In this document: in pieces, positions 20,528 through 30,118 of the stretch
Layout: every line of letters starts with the position of its first letter
Position numbering within the stretch: position 1 is the stretch's first letter
Translations under genes and position numbers: made by a program
Source of the DNA: an uncultured virus (IMG/VR IMGVR_UViG_3300028833_000009)
Lineage: Duplodnaviria > Heunggongvirae > Uroviricota > Caudoviricetes
Strand: one strand, 5' to 3'
Length of the DNA stretch: 64,000 nt
Virus record (IMG/VR): IMGVR_UViG_3300028833_000009
Notes under the pieces: model-generated
The model's input: the letters and a program-made list of their open reading frames with translations, nothing else
Databases searched by the model: none
What the model was told of the DNA's origin: nothing

Positions 20528-22276
20528 TTAGTCAAAAGCATCACGATTCATCTTATAAGCAACCAGCGCATCAATCATTGCAGCAACACTGTCGATCTTT
20601 TGATCATTCCGTTTCTTATAAAGCTTACGGTTACCATTGTTGTCAGTAATTGCAATGGAATTACCCATTGTGAATGTCATCATTTGCTGATCAAATATAA
20701 GCGCACGTTCTTCAGCAAGTTTCTTAAGTTCTCCAAGAGGTACACTTTCTGTCTTAGCTCCCTGCCGAACCATTACTATGCCGAAGTCACCATTCTCGGA
20801 TGCCCATCGTGCAACAAAATCTTTTGCATTATACGGGTCATAACCAATACAACGCACATCATATTTTGATTGCATGATAAAATTGTCCAAATCATCATAG
20901 ACTTCCATCATGTCAAGAATTGCTCCATCCAATACGGCGAGACTATTCTCATCAATGAATTCATCATACTTATTTCGCATAGACTGAGGAAGATTTGCAA
21001 ATGTCGCAGAGGAAATATAGCAACGCGTCTTGATCCCGAATGTTCCATCTCCAAGAGGAAATAAGAACGTAAAGGCGCAGAAGTCATCGCCTCGTGACAA
21101 GTCAATACCCATCGAACAACCCATGTTCCAAAAGTCTCTATGATGATGTGGCAATGTCTCATTGAATGTAAAGAAATAAGTGTAACCTTCAAGCGGGATT
21201 CCAAATCTTTTAGCCAGAATATCATTACGAGCTGATGGTGCCTTTTCAGCACGCTCCACATCAAGCTGGTATGCTTCATAGCTTACTGTTTTACCAAGAT
21301 TTGGATTCGCTTTTACCCACATGCTTGGATCTGCAACTTCCTTGACATCATCAAGTTTGTAGTACCAGATACTGACATGCGGGTTATCGTATTCTCCCTT
21401 CAGGATGCTCATCAATTCCATTTTGATGTCATCACCACTAGCATTTCGAACTGTTCCTTCAGAACTTGTTGCTAGGATAAAATAATCATCAAGTTTGGAA
21501 GCACCCTGCTCAATAGCTCCGATGACGTCTTCGCGGATATCCCCCGACAGCCATTCGTCAACGGTGGCTACCTTTGGACGAAGACCTTGAAGTTTGTCAA
21601 TCGTCATAGGGCGAGGCTCAATAATTGAACCATTTATAAAATTTTGTATTCCGAGTTTCGTTGAAGCCAGTTTCACACGATTGGCTTTTGAGCCTGTCGT
21701 ATTCTGAAGACTTCCTTCTGTCAGGAATTTAAACAGCGGACCTCTTGCACGAACAATTGCTGTACGAATCGGTCCAAGTGTTTCATCGGATTGTCGGATT
21801 GTTGGCGCAGTAACAATCTGGTCAGTTGTTTCTGTTGAAACATTCAGAAAATAGCTCTGAATGCAACTGGCATAAATACTCTTAGCAGCACCACGACCAA
21901 CAATCAGAAACTGTTTTGTTGTAAGACGCTTCTTAACTGTCCTGGTCTCGTAGTGAACTGAATGACCATCGGGACTTAATACAGGAACGCTCTTTTCAAC
22001 AAAATAATACCATCCAAAAACCTGTTCAGCCCAGAGCTTGAAAGAATCCAGAAGCGTTAGATCACTTCCGTCTGTCAGGCACATTTCTCCTTCACAGAAA
22101 TTTATAAATGCCTCGACAGGCTGCGGATCATAATATACTCCAGGATTATCAATCAGATCTTGAATCCGATACATTTCCATGGAGATTTCTTTACAGACTG
22201 GAATCTCTCCTCGAAGAACTAGATCACGAAACTGTGCGAAATACTTCGGCGTGGCTGTATTGCTGAGGTAGATCAA
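20528..22276 (-). CDS. terL: Terminase large subunit
   Basis: Walker A-like IVGRGAAKS, Walker B VATVDE, nuclease GIDLS...DDF, KIDSVAA. Confidence 0.92.
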   Translation of the reverse strand: MIYLSNTATPKYFAQFRDLVLRGEIPVCKEISMEMYRIQDLIDNPGVYYDPQPVEAFINFCEGEMCLTDGSDLTLLDSFKLWAEQVFGWYYFVEKSVPVLSPDGHSVHYETRTVKKRLTTKQFLIVGRGAAKSIYASCIQSYFLNVSTETTDQIVTAPTIRQSDETLGPIRTAIVRARGPLFKFLTEGSLQNTTGSKANRVKLASTKLGIQNFINGSIIEPRPMTIDKLQGLRPKVATVDEWLSGDIREDVIGAIEQGASKLDDYFILATSSEGTVRNASGDDIKMELMSILKGEYDNPHVSIWYYKLDDVKEVADPSMWVKANPNLGKTVSYEAYQLDVERAEKAPSARNDILAKRFGIPLEGYTYFFTFNETLPHHHRDFWNMGCSMGIDLSRGDDFCAFTFLFPLGDGTFGIKTRCYISSATFANLPQSMRNKYDEFIDENSLAVLDGAILDMMEVYDDLDNFIMQSKYDVRCIGYDPYNAKDFVARWASENGDFGIVMVRQGAKTESVPLGELKKLAEERALIFDQQMMTFTMGNSIAITDNNGNRKLYKKRNDQKIDSVAAMIDALVAYKMNRDAFD

Positions 22277-23916
22277 TTCTTCTTCTTTTTACTGCCGCCA
22301 CCGTTGTTGTTACTATTTCTTGGTTTACCCCATTTTTCAACAATTGGATCATAAGATGCTACTTTAACTTGTTTAGGCGGCTGCATATTGAATTTTGGTT
22401 CTGGACGAACTTTAGGATACTCTAATTTAGGCAAAGGATGTTTGATAATATCAGGTTTTTCAGGAATTGCCAGCCCCATCGAAACATTACGCGCAGCTTT
22501 ATCATTCCATTCTCTTTCAGCAGCATCTCTATCTGCACGTAATTTATTATATTCAGGAAGGGCTTGCTGATATTCTTGTTGAGCGTCAAGAACTTCTTTC
22601 TCCCATGCTCTATGATCTTTCTTAAACACTTCTTTGGCAGCATCAAATTTCTTCTGCTCAATTTCATACTGCTCCTGCTTTTCCTTAGCTTGTTCACGTT
22701 GATCATAACGTTTTGCCAAATCATTCGTAACATCAACGAAAAACCTATTCCTAACTTCCTGACGATATTCAGCATCATTATTATATTTATGTTTTTCACG
22801 CTTACTTAAATTATAATGATTTTGTATATCTTCGTCATTCACATTTAAGTCGTTTGTTAATTCAAAGAACTTTTTATCATATTCTTCTTGAACAGCATTC
22901 TGTGCATCGGCTAAACGCTTTTGATCTTTAATTGTTTTATAATTTGTTAATTCAAATAACTTCTTCTCATATTCTGTCTTAACAGCATTCTGTGCATCAG
23001 TTAAACGCTTTTGATCTTCGATTGCTTTAACATTTGCTTGATAATCATGAATCGTCATTGGCGCTCTTCTGGTAAACCAACTTTCGCCATTCTTGGCCAT
23101 AACTTCGTAAGCTTGTTGCTTGATATCTTCATCAATCTCACTCTTAGTTTTCTTATTTCGTTCACGATTCTTGATCTTATCCAGAATGCCTTCCTGCTTA
23201 GCAGCCTGATTCAACTTACGCCGATCCAGAATATGCTTGATACCAACCTGAGCACCTGCACGAGCAACTTCCTCCATAACTGCAGCAGTACCACGTGTAA
23301 TACCCTGAAGCTGACCAGCACGACGTGCTTCCTTCTTCTGCTGACGCCAAGTCTTTTCCTGAGAACCAAGCTTTCTGGTCTGATTCTCAAGATTCAACCT
23401 GTCTTGAACGCGCTCAATTTGTTCACTACTCAGCTTGCCATATTTCAATTTGCCCTGACGTGCCTGCTTCATGATCTTGTCCATGCGCTTTTCAATCTTG
23501 GCGGCACGCTTAGCATTCTTATAAGAAACATAAGCACTGTTTGCAGCAGTCTTACTTTCAAGTCCAGCCTGCTTCTGCATCCACTTCTGCTGCTTCTGTT
23601 GCTGCTTAAGATCTCGATTCAGCTGCTTGGCATATGCTCGCTCGTTATCATATCGATTCATACCTTCGATATAATTAATACGATCACGCGCTTTTCTGGC
23701 AGCTTTAAGTTGCTTTTGTCTCTGATGAGTTGCTCTGGACTTCGACAGGTTTTCAAGACCACTTCGCATGTTATTCCGAAGTTTAGCAGCAGCCCGTTTA
23801 AATGCCTGGCTTTTAGGTCTCAGGTCGTCGCCAAAGAGGTGCTGACCCCATTTCATACCTTTGACGCCGTAGTGATACAACTCACGAGGGTCATTGGTAA
23901 CGGCATAGTATTTCAA
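22273..23916 (-). CDS. Large basic coiled-coil HYGVKGMKWG-motif protein
   Basis: ELYHYGVKGMKWG. Start reassigned to TTG at 23916 after GGAGGTG, giving MKYYAV like its paralogs. Internal 30-aa tandem repeat. Confidence 0.7.
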   Translation of the reverse strand: MKYYAVTNDPRELYHYGVKGMKWGQHLFGDDLRPKSQAFKRAAAKLRNNMRSGLENLSKSRATHQRQKQLKAARKARDRINYIEGMNRYDNERAYAKQLNRDLKQQQKQQKWMQKQAGLESKTAANSAYVSYKNAKRAAKIEKRMDKIMKQARQGKLKYGKLSSEQIERVQDRLNLENQTRKLGSQEKTWRQQKKEARRAGQLQGITRGTAAVMEEVARAGAQVGIKHILDRRKLNQAAKQEGILDKIKNRERNKKTKSEIDEDIKQQAYEVMAKNGESWFTRRAPMTIHDYQANVKAIEDQKRLTDAQNAVKTEYEKKLFELTNYKTIKDQKRLADAQNAVQEEYDKKFFELTNDLNVNDEDIQNHYNLSKREKHKYNNDAEYRQEVRNRFFVDVTNDLAKRYDQREQAKEKQEQYEIEQKKFDAAKEVFKKDHRAWEKEVLDAQQEYQQALPEYNKLRADRDAAEREWNDKAARNVSMGLAIPEKPDIIKHPLPKLEYPKVRPEPKFNMQPPKQVKVASYDPIVEKWGKPRNSNNNGGGSKKKKN

Positions 23917-24298
23917 GGGTCTCACCTCCTTCACTTTCATTTTGATTCCAATTACGTTCATTTTGTGCAACCAATCGCCATTCAAGTTCTGCGATTCTGG
24001 AATTGATTGCGTCTGAAACTACTGATGATGCTGGCGGATCAAATACAAGTCGCGCCTTATAATAGACATAAGTCTTTACAGCTTCGATCAGTGTTTTGTC
24101 TTTGGAGAATTCTGACCATGTCGTACTGGCTTCATTGATGGAGAAACCTTCATCAGGACCAATACCAAGCTGATGTAATGTCATAAATATTTCATTGATA
24201 AACATCCCGATCTGTGTATCGAATGCTGGATCGGACTCATAAACATTTAGCAGATTTTTAATACTCATCAGAATGCTCTGATTTTCTACAAGAGGCAT
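23891..24298 (-). CDS. Head-tail connector (adaptor) protein
   Basis: SILMSIKNLL...FD...LHQLGIG...VKTYVYYKARLVFDPP...ELEWRL. Confidence 0.7.
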   Translation of the reverse strand: MPLVENQSILMSIKNLLNVYESDPAFDTQIGMFINEIFMTLHQLGIGPDEGFSINEASTTWSEFSKDKTLIEAVKTYVYYKARLVFDPPASSVVSDAINSRIAELEWRLVAQNERNWNQNESEGGETLEILCRYQ

Positions 24299-24442
24299 GA
24301 TCCAAACCCTCCTTTCTATTATTTTATGGCAAAGACGTCAGGCCTTGTTTTCGACTAACCGAACACCTGAAATCACATGGAGCCATCAAAGTTCGCTTCT
24401 AACATTTCGCATGCTTGTATATGTCATGTAAATATCAGTTGT

Positions 24443-24853
24443 TTACTTCCATGGGCACATGTCATTCGGTGTTCGTTCAATTGGTAATTGCGGCAAAAGA
24501 CTTTCATCACCATAATGAATAGCATTGTGTGTTTGCTTGCTTACACAGACAAGAAATTCTGGATTAAGAATGTAGTCAGGTACATCGATTAAATCTTCTG
24601 GAACCATCGGGTTCATATGATGGATAAATATATCATGCTGTAATTCATATCCCGGCATTGCAAGATCGCGACCTTCATCACGAATAATTACATCTCTTCG
24701 GATTCGTTTCCATTCCGGAGAATGATAAAACTTCTGATTGAGATATCGATCAAATCCAAATGTTGATTGACCGACCTGGCCAGCAAGACGTAAATATTGG
24801 TAGCGCTCTTTAAATGTAGGAATCTGAATCAGCTCTGTGTAAGATCTTTTCAT
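24443..24853 (-). CDS. HNH endonuclease (packaging-associated)
   Basis: FYHSPEWKRIR...IHHMNP...THNAIH; next to the terminase module. Confidence 0.85.
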   Translation of the reverse strand: MKRSYTELIQIPTFKERYQYLRLAGQVGQSTFGFDRYLNQKFYHSPEWKRIRRDVIIRDEGRDLAMPGYELQHDIFIHHMNPMVPEDLIDVPDYILNPEFLVCVSKQTHNAIHYGDESLLPQLPIERTPNDMCPWK

Positions 24854-24858
24854 AAGGG

Positions 24859-25506
24859 TTAGCCTCTACGTTTCTTTTTACTAATCTCTCCAGTTGTAAG
24901 ATTTACATTTACAGGAACTCCAGATTTATACATTGTGAAATTTGCATTACCATCACCATGCTTGCGCACTTTGATTCTTGTACCGCCTATTGGAATAACA
25001 CCAATTCCACGTCCTCGAACCATTGCAGGTTTTGGAGTAAATACTGATCTTGATTTTACAGTGTATCCGCTATTTGTTGCTTTTGCAGCAAGAGCATCCT
25101 GTATTCTTTCAATGTTATACGTTTGTGTAGCATATCTGCGTCCTTTTTTAATCGTATCCGCTATGGCTTTATCAATATTCTTCTTACGCTTTAATGCACG
25201 ATCTAATTGCTTTGTATTTTTAGGTTTCTTTATTTTTCTTTCATTCCATGCATCAATTGCAAGTAAATCATTTAATTCAATTTGTTTAGCTTTTTCTTTG
25301 GCTTTGATTTTGCCATAAGATTTATCAAACTGATTAAAGTGCCTTTGAATAGTTCGTGGTTTTACCTGACCTGAATACTTTTGTATGAATGCGGCATTCG
25401 GTCTTGCATATTCATCCGTGTAGCGTCTTACTCCCCACTTCATTCCTTTAACACCATAATGTGCAAGGTAATCATTTGGAGCTGTTATAGCATAATATTC
25501 GCTCAT
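24859..25506 (-). CDS. Basic HYGVKGMKWG-motif protein
   Basis: DYLAHYGVKGMKWGVRR. Confidence 0.7.
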   Translation of the reverse strand: MSEYYAITAPNDYLAHYGVKGMKWGVRRYTDEYARPNAAFIQKYSGQVKPRTIQRHFNQFDKSYGKIKAKEKAKQIELNDLLAIDAWNERKIKKPKNTKQLDRALKRKKNIDKAIADTIKKGRRYATQTYNIERIQDALAAKATNSGYTVKSRSVFTPKPAMVRGRGIGVIPIGGTRIKVRKHGDGNANFTMYKSGVPVNVNLTTGEISKKKRRG

Positions 25507-25521
25507 ACTACTGCACCTCTA

Positions 25522-25854
25522 TTAATATTCTTCAACACTGTGAGGAGAATAACGACGCATGGCTTCGATAGCCTGCGCATACAGAATCTCACGATCTTTC
25601 TCAGCCTTGATTGCTTCAGTCTTTGCATTCAGCAACTGAATTTCCTTTTCGAGTTTCTGTCGTTCGTACTTTTCACGCATTGATCCCAACTTTAAGTAAT
25701 GCGTAATGACCTGACTCGATGCGGTTCCGTTGCGAAGCTGTTCTTCTGCAAGATCAATGGCATAAGAAATGAGTTGGTCCTCACGACCCTCTCCAGTAAT
25801 CGCTGGAACCTGCTTCGGGGCAGGCTCTCTTAAAACTTTGCCCTTACTTTTCAT
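25522..25854 (-). CDS. Conserved phage protein, candidate terminase small subunit
   Basis: LAEEQLRNGTASSQVITHYLKLGS; position between cos candidate and HNH/terL (function inferred). Confidence 0.5.
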   Translation of the reverse strand: MKSKGKVLREPAPKQVPAITGEGREDQLISYAIDLAEEQLRNGTASSQVITHYLKLGSMREKYERQKLEKEIQLLNAKTEAIKAEKDREILYAQAIEAMRRYSPHSVEEY

Positions 25855-25910
25855 AAGGTTCCATCTCCTTCTGTACTATTTTGATTTGGTTTGGTAGAAG
25901 TGTTCTGTAG

Positions 25911-26091
25911 TTTAGAGGCACTTTTAGTAAGGATTCTGGGACTTTTATTGATTCTAGGAGGAAAATCAACATGAAGAAACTAGGAAACCAGCAAGGAGAA
26001 TCTCACAGCCCCAACCACGATTCTGCAAGATTCATTAGGAGGACGCCATATCCATACCCGTCCCAGAATCCTTATTAGAAATGTCTCTAAA
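25911..26091 (+). repeat. 32-bp imperfect inverted repeat enclosing a GGA-rich 117-nt loop
   Basis: Arms 25911-25942 and 26060-26091 pair almost perfectly. Confidence 0.85.
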
Positions 26092-26096
26092 GAGAA

Positions 26097-26137
26097 AGGG
26101 CGTTGAAGCATCCTGTTAAGAACTACTTCAACGCCCT
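26097..26137 (-). terminator. Terminator after 26153-26659
   Basis: AGGGCGTTGAAG/CTTCAACGCCCT 12-bp stem plus TTCTCTTT on the minus strand. Confidence 0.7.
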
Positions 26138-26152
26138 GATCAGTTTAATCCA

Positions 26153-26659
26153 TTACGGCCATTCACCGAGAGGTTTTGCAAGTGCTTTATCTTTTGCAGT
26201 TGTGCAGAAGAACATTGCGAACTTATCACCAAACACATCGCGAGCGATGTCTTCATACAGCATAGACTTGTTGCCATTAATGTCAGCCATGTTGTCATTG
26301 AAAAACTGAACGACTCGGTTATCGAATACTGCATAGTTGAAACTGCCGACCAGACTCTTGATAGGCATTGCGCATTCATATGCAGAGTTTCCGCAGAACG
26401 CGTCATCGAACATCTGGCAAATGTCTTCTTCGTTCGTCACATTGTTGGAAGGAACGACTTCGATCTTCATAGTGATATTGCCAAATGTCTTCTCGGTAGG
26501 CATGAGCTTCGTAAGAGCGTCACACTTCTTGGGATTATTGTCCACGAAGATCTTAACAACGTTCGCCTGCTCATCATACTGCACTTTAATTCCAGCATCA
26601 CGCTTAAAAAGTTCTTCGAGCTCATGTACAAAAGTATACCACGGTGCAGATACCTTCAT
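26153..26659 (-). CDS. Hypothetical phage protein
   Basis: 168-aa ORF with AAGGAG RBS. Confidence 0.7.
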   Translation of the reverse strand: MKVSAPWYTFVHELEELFKRDAGIKVQYDEQANVVKIFVDNNPKKCDALTKLMPTEKTFGNITMKIEVVPSNNVTNEEDICQMFDDAFCGNSAYECAMPIKSLVGSFNYAVFDNRVVQFFNDNMADINGNKSMLYEDIARDVFGDKFAMFFCTTAKDKALAKPLGEWP

Positions 26660-26753
26660 AAATTTCTTACTCCTTTTTCAATTCAACAATTACTCACCGA
26701 AAGTATATAGCGAAACCCAACCCATGAAACATCCCCCCGGAGATTTTTTTGAG

Positions 26754-26762
26754 AGGGCGGCG
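26754..26762 (-). other. Putative cos site (9-nt 3' overhang CGCCGCCCT)
   Basis: GC-rich non-coding island with G/C runs between the RNAP block and the HNH/terminase block. The sequence matches the overhang I recall for related actinophage clusters. Confidence 0.65.
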
Positions 26763-26814
26763 ATGTCAGAGGGGGTGGGTAGTTGGGGACCCCTCCCCCG
26801 GGTGTCCTGATATA

Positions 26815-27126
26815 CTATTCCTGTCCAAGATAGACAGAGGGGGTATCATCCAAGCGTTCACCCTCCCGGGATATCAATGTATAAATGTCCACCCCGAGTT
26901 CATTGTTAATTCTGATGATGTCGTTGAATGCAGCGACTCTTTCATAAGCTAGTTCTTCATCGCTAATGTCAGGATCGAGCATTCCAACTTCTCTTGCAAC
27001 ATACGCTTCGGTGTTATAATGCATAGTGTTCTCATCGAAGTGTTTCCAATCATCGTAGTCAGTAAATGGATTGAAAGGATTGTCTTTTGTTGTCAGCAGA
27101 ATATCTACGTCTTTAATCTTAGCCAT
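26815..27126 (-). CDS. Conserved phage protein downstream of RNAP
   Basis: LLTTKDNPFNPFTDYDDW...YNTEAYVAR. Confidence 0.7.
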   Translation of the reverse strand: MAKIKDVDILLTTKDNPFNPFTDYDDWKHFDENTMHYNTEAYVAREVGMLDPDISDEELAYERVAAFNDIIRINNELGVDIYTLISREGERLDDTPSVYLGQE

Positions 27127-27145
27127 TATGCATCATCACCACCTT

Positions 27146-30115
27146 TTACTCATTATCTTTGTCAAGAGCTCTGTACAATGTAGAAATAGAGACACCAAGA
27201 CTTGCAGCAACTTCATCAGGAGTATAACCACGCTCAAGCCGCAGTTTGGCTGTTGACAATTTGGCAGGAGAAATACCTTTTGGAGTTTTCGGCATTGCGC
27301 GCTTCTTGACTTTATCAATATCGCAGTTCTTTAATATCTCTGTCAGCTTGTTGGAAGATACAGCACCAGCCTGAATAGCTTCCCACTGACGGTCAGTAAT
27401 ATCGATCAGGTTCTTCTTGGCACCTACACGATATCGTGCTTCCTCCAGACACTGGCCTTTGACTTTCTTTATTTTATCATTATCATATGCCAGCTCAGGA
27501 TTATCCTCTTTCTTCATATTAAAGAATTTGTTTGCAAGCATCTGGGCTTTACGCTCCAAAGGAGCATTTCTTTTTGCCTCCTTGAGGGCCATGTCAAGCT
27601 CATGAATTTCCTTCAGATATAGCTGCTTTGCAGAAATGTTCTGTTTGTAAGGACGAATATGCGAAGCTTCGAGACGTGCCGCATTACCTAATGCTTTCAT
27701 CTCATTTGCATATTCTCCATACACCTTTTCCATAGCCGTACCGGAAGATAAGACCATCGCGTCAGGTTCTTCATACATTTTCTGACTCTTCATCATTTTT
27801 GGAACGCGCTTCCAAATAACGTTGCCATTCTCATCCAGCACGGGCTCTTTGATTTTCTGTTTGGTCTTTGGATCAATTATAGGTTTGCCTGTCTCAGGAT
27901 CCTTAACCTCTCTTAATATACGCCGGGCCGTCTCCTTACCGGTGTACGTCCACAATTTAGCGCCGGTTACAGGATCAGAATAAAAAACCCGAGGCTTTCC
28001 AGTCTCGGGATCGATCAATTTCTTACCGGCCTTCCGGTGTGGAATATCTTTCTCGCTTGATGCCTGAGAAATAAGTGTTGATGCACCACCTTGCGCTCGC
28101 TTTTGATACTTCAGATATAGCTGACGAATATTATTATCTTCAGCAGACTGTCGCCAATCAAGGTCGTGCTTCTCCGCATCAATAATAACCATGGAATGCT
28201 TAACGGCTCTGGCAATTTCCGAATCGGGTGCCTTCTGAAGGGTCATGTCAGTAATAAGATTTGATACCAAACCCATCTGCATGCCCTTCTCATGAGGAGT
28301 CATCTGCTGATATGGTGAATCTGCAGGCCGTTTATAGCGCTCATGCATGGTCTCAGAAAATCCCTCAAGCTGCGGAAGAGGACTCTGTGTCTTTACGCTT
28401 CCGCTATTGTTGGGAATAACCAATACAGTATCGCCATCGAAATCCGCGCCGGATAACTGCTGTGCCACCTTCGGATTTATACCAACAGCATCCCGTTTCA
28501 CCGTTGGATCAGCTCCGCCAATTATACGACGACCTTCCTCAAAACGGTTGTTAACAACAAGCTCAGGAATTTCAAAGCGACCTGTATGAGGAAATCGCAC
28601 AAGGCATACGCGTTCGCCGTCACGGAAATTAGGTGCGTAAATTTCATGCTCATCCAAATGAGGAAATGGAATAATAAGCTGCGTCGCCTGTCTTGGCAAA
28701 GCAGCTGCCTTTAAATGAACAGCAGCCGAGTCACAATTATCCGCAAAGCTTTCCAACAAATTCTTCTTGACGACAGGATTATCGATGGCTTTGATCTCAT
28801 CAAATTCATCCTTCCGCATCCGTGCATCCAAAGATAACTGACGCTTGGCCAGAGGAATTGTCTGCTTCGCCAAAAATTGGCTGGACAAATTACGATTCCA
28901 TTCATCCCAGGTTCCCTGCTCATTCACAATATTGAGTGCGGATAAATGTTCCTTGCCATCCTTGCCAATATAGTGAGCCTGGAAATAACGCAGAGGATGC
29001 TTAGTCTCGCCTGCGTCATCCTGATTTATGCTGGCACCAAATGGGTTATTTGTGATCGGATCATTTTTCATGGGCTTGAGTACAGACTCACTGCCCTTTG
29101 CACCTTTCATAGGTGTGCCATCAGGTTTACTAGTGTTGATCCGAATATCAACGCCCTTGGGAAGATCATCCGCATATACAGCAACGCCTTTTGCAAAATG
29201 AGTTCCATCAACAGCAATACGTACCTGAGCATATGAATTGCGTCCCAGATTAATATCCTCAACTCCACGACGAAGTTCAATAAGACCATCCTTTTCAGCA
29301 CCGCCGTCTTTCGGATATGCAATCTGAATACGCTTGGAATCCACAGAAGTTGGTGTCTCCAATTTATGCGGATTGTCGTATTCACCATGCTCATAGTGGA
29401 ATCCAGGAAAATCAATCTCAGCATTCTTACGGGCCTTCTCAATATCAACCCAGGAAGCATCGGCAGGGGCCAGAACCTTCATGGTTGTGGCTTTGCCAGT
29501 TCCCATCTGAGGCTGTTCATGATATGAAATCTTGAATCCTTCTTCACGCAATAATGCAACCGCGTGCCGAAGCTTGTCTTTGGAAATGCCCATCTGACTT
29601 TCGCAGCCATGACCCACATCAATATACTTCTGTTCGGATATGGCTTTCTTCAGTTCCTCCGCAATGGCGCGTGTAGAGTTCTCTTTCACCTCATCCACTT
29701 TCTTCAAAACATTCCGAACAGTGGATTCCGGAATTTGCAGTTGCCTCGCGATCGCGATCTTGGAATATCCCTTATCTCTCAGCTTAAATACGGCGGCGTC
29801 CCTTCCGCGTGTAATGTTCTCGCTGGCAATATCAATCTTTGCCCGCAGCTGAGAGGTATTCATCTTCATGGATTTGGCGATCTCCTTCTGTGTCCAGCCC
29901 TTTTGTTTCAGGCTGGCAACATGTGCCTTAAAATCCATGTCCCCCTGATATGGATTTTCTCCGGAGCCCCAAGGATATCTGCCTGAATGCCGAGGCGTTC
30001 CGTAATGCGCAATATCCTCATCGCTCTCCTGTTCCAGAAATGCCTGAGCATTCTCAAGCGCTTCCTCAGAAATAGATACCACAGGTCTCTGGTTGGGTTT
30101 CGTCTGGCGTCCCAT
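27146..30115 (-). CDS. Phage RNA polymerase-like protein (DFDGD) with terminal HTH motifs
   Basis: LVRFPH and LSGADFDGDTV (DFDGD at 28430-28444), the double-psi-barrel catalytic loop. HTH-like segments at both termini. N-terminal IAHYGTPRHSGRYPWG. Confidence 0.75.
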   Translation of the reverse strand: MGRQTKPNQRPVVSISEEALENAQAFLEQESDEDIAHYGTPRHSGRYPWGSGENPYQGDMDFKAHVASLKQKGWTQKEIAKSMKMNTSQLRAKIDIASENITRGRDAAVFKLRDKGYSKIAIARQLQIPESTVRNVLKKVDEVKENSTRAIAEELKKAISEQKYIDVGHGCESQMGISKDKLRHAVALLREEGFKISYHEQPQMGTGKATTMKVLAPADASWVDIEKARKNAEIDFPGFHYEHGEYDNPHKLETPTSVDSKRIQIAYPKDGGAEKDGLIELRRGVEDINLGRNSYAQVRIAVDGTHFAKGVAVYADDLPKGVDIRINTSKPDGTPMKGAKGSESVLKPMKNDPITNNPFGASINQDDAGETKHPLRYFQAHYIGKDGKEHLSALNIVNEQGTWDEWNRNLSSQFLAKQTIPLAKRQLSLDARMRKDEFDEIKAIDNPVVKKNLLESFADNCDSAAVHLKAAALPRQATQLIIPFPHLDEHEIYAPNFRDGERVCLVRFPHTGRFEIPELVVNNRFEEGRRIIGGADPTVKRDAVGINPKVAQQLSGADFDGDTVLVIPNNSGSVKTQSPLPQLEGFSETMHERYKRPADSPYQQMTPHEKGMQMGLVSNLITDMTLQKAPDSEIARAVKHSMVIIDAEKHDLDWRQSAEDNNIRQLYLKYQKRAQGGASTLISQASSEKDIPHRKAGKKLIDPETGKPRVFYSDPVTGAKLWTYTGKETARRILREVKDPETGKPIIDPKTKQKIKEPVLDENGNVIWKRVPKMMKSQKMYEEPDAMVLSSGTAMEKVYGEYANEMKALGNAARLEASHIRPYKQNISAKQLYLKEIHELDMALKEAKRNAPLERKAQMLANKFFNMKKEDNPELAYDNDKIKKVKGQCLEEARYRVGAKKNLIDITDRQWEAIQAGAVSSNKLTEILKNCDIDKVKKRAMPKTPKGISPAKLSTAKLRLERGYTPDEVAASLGVSISTLYRALDKDNE

Positions 30116-30118
30116 AGG

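Larger units (their letters stand above)
17458..25887 (-). promoter_or_regulatory. AATCAAAAT(G) motif upstream of late genes
   Basis: Copies at 17458, 18923, 19787, 23938, 25877, each 0-25 nt before a structural gene start. Confidence 0.55.
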
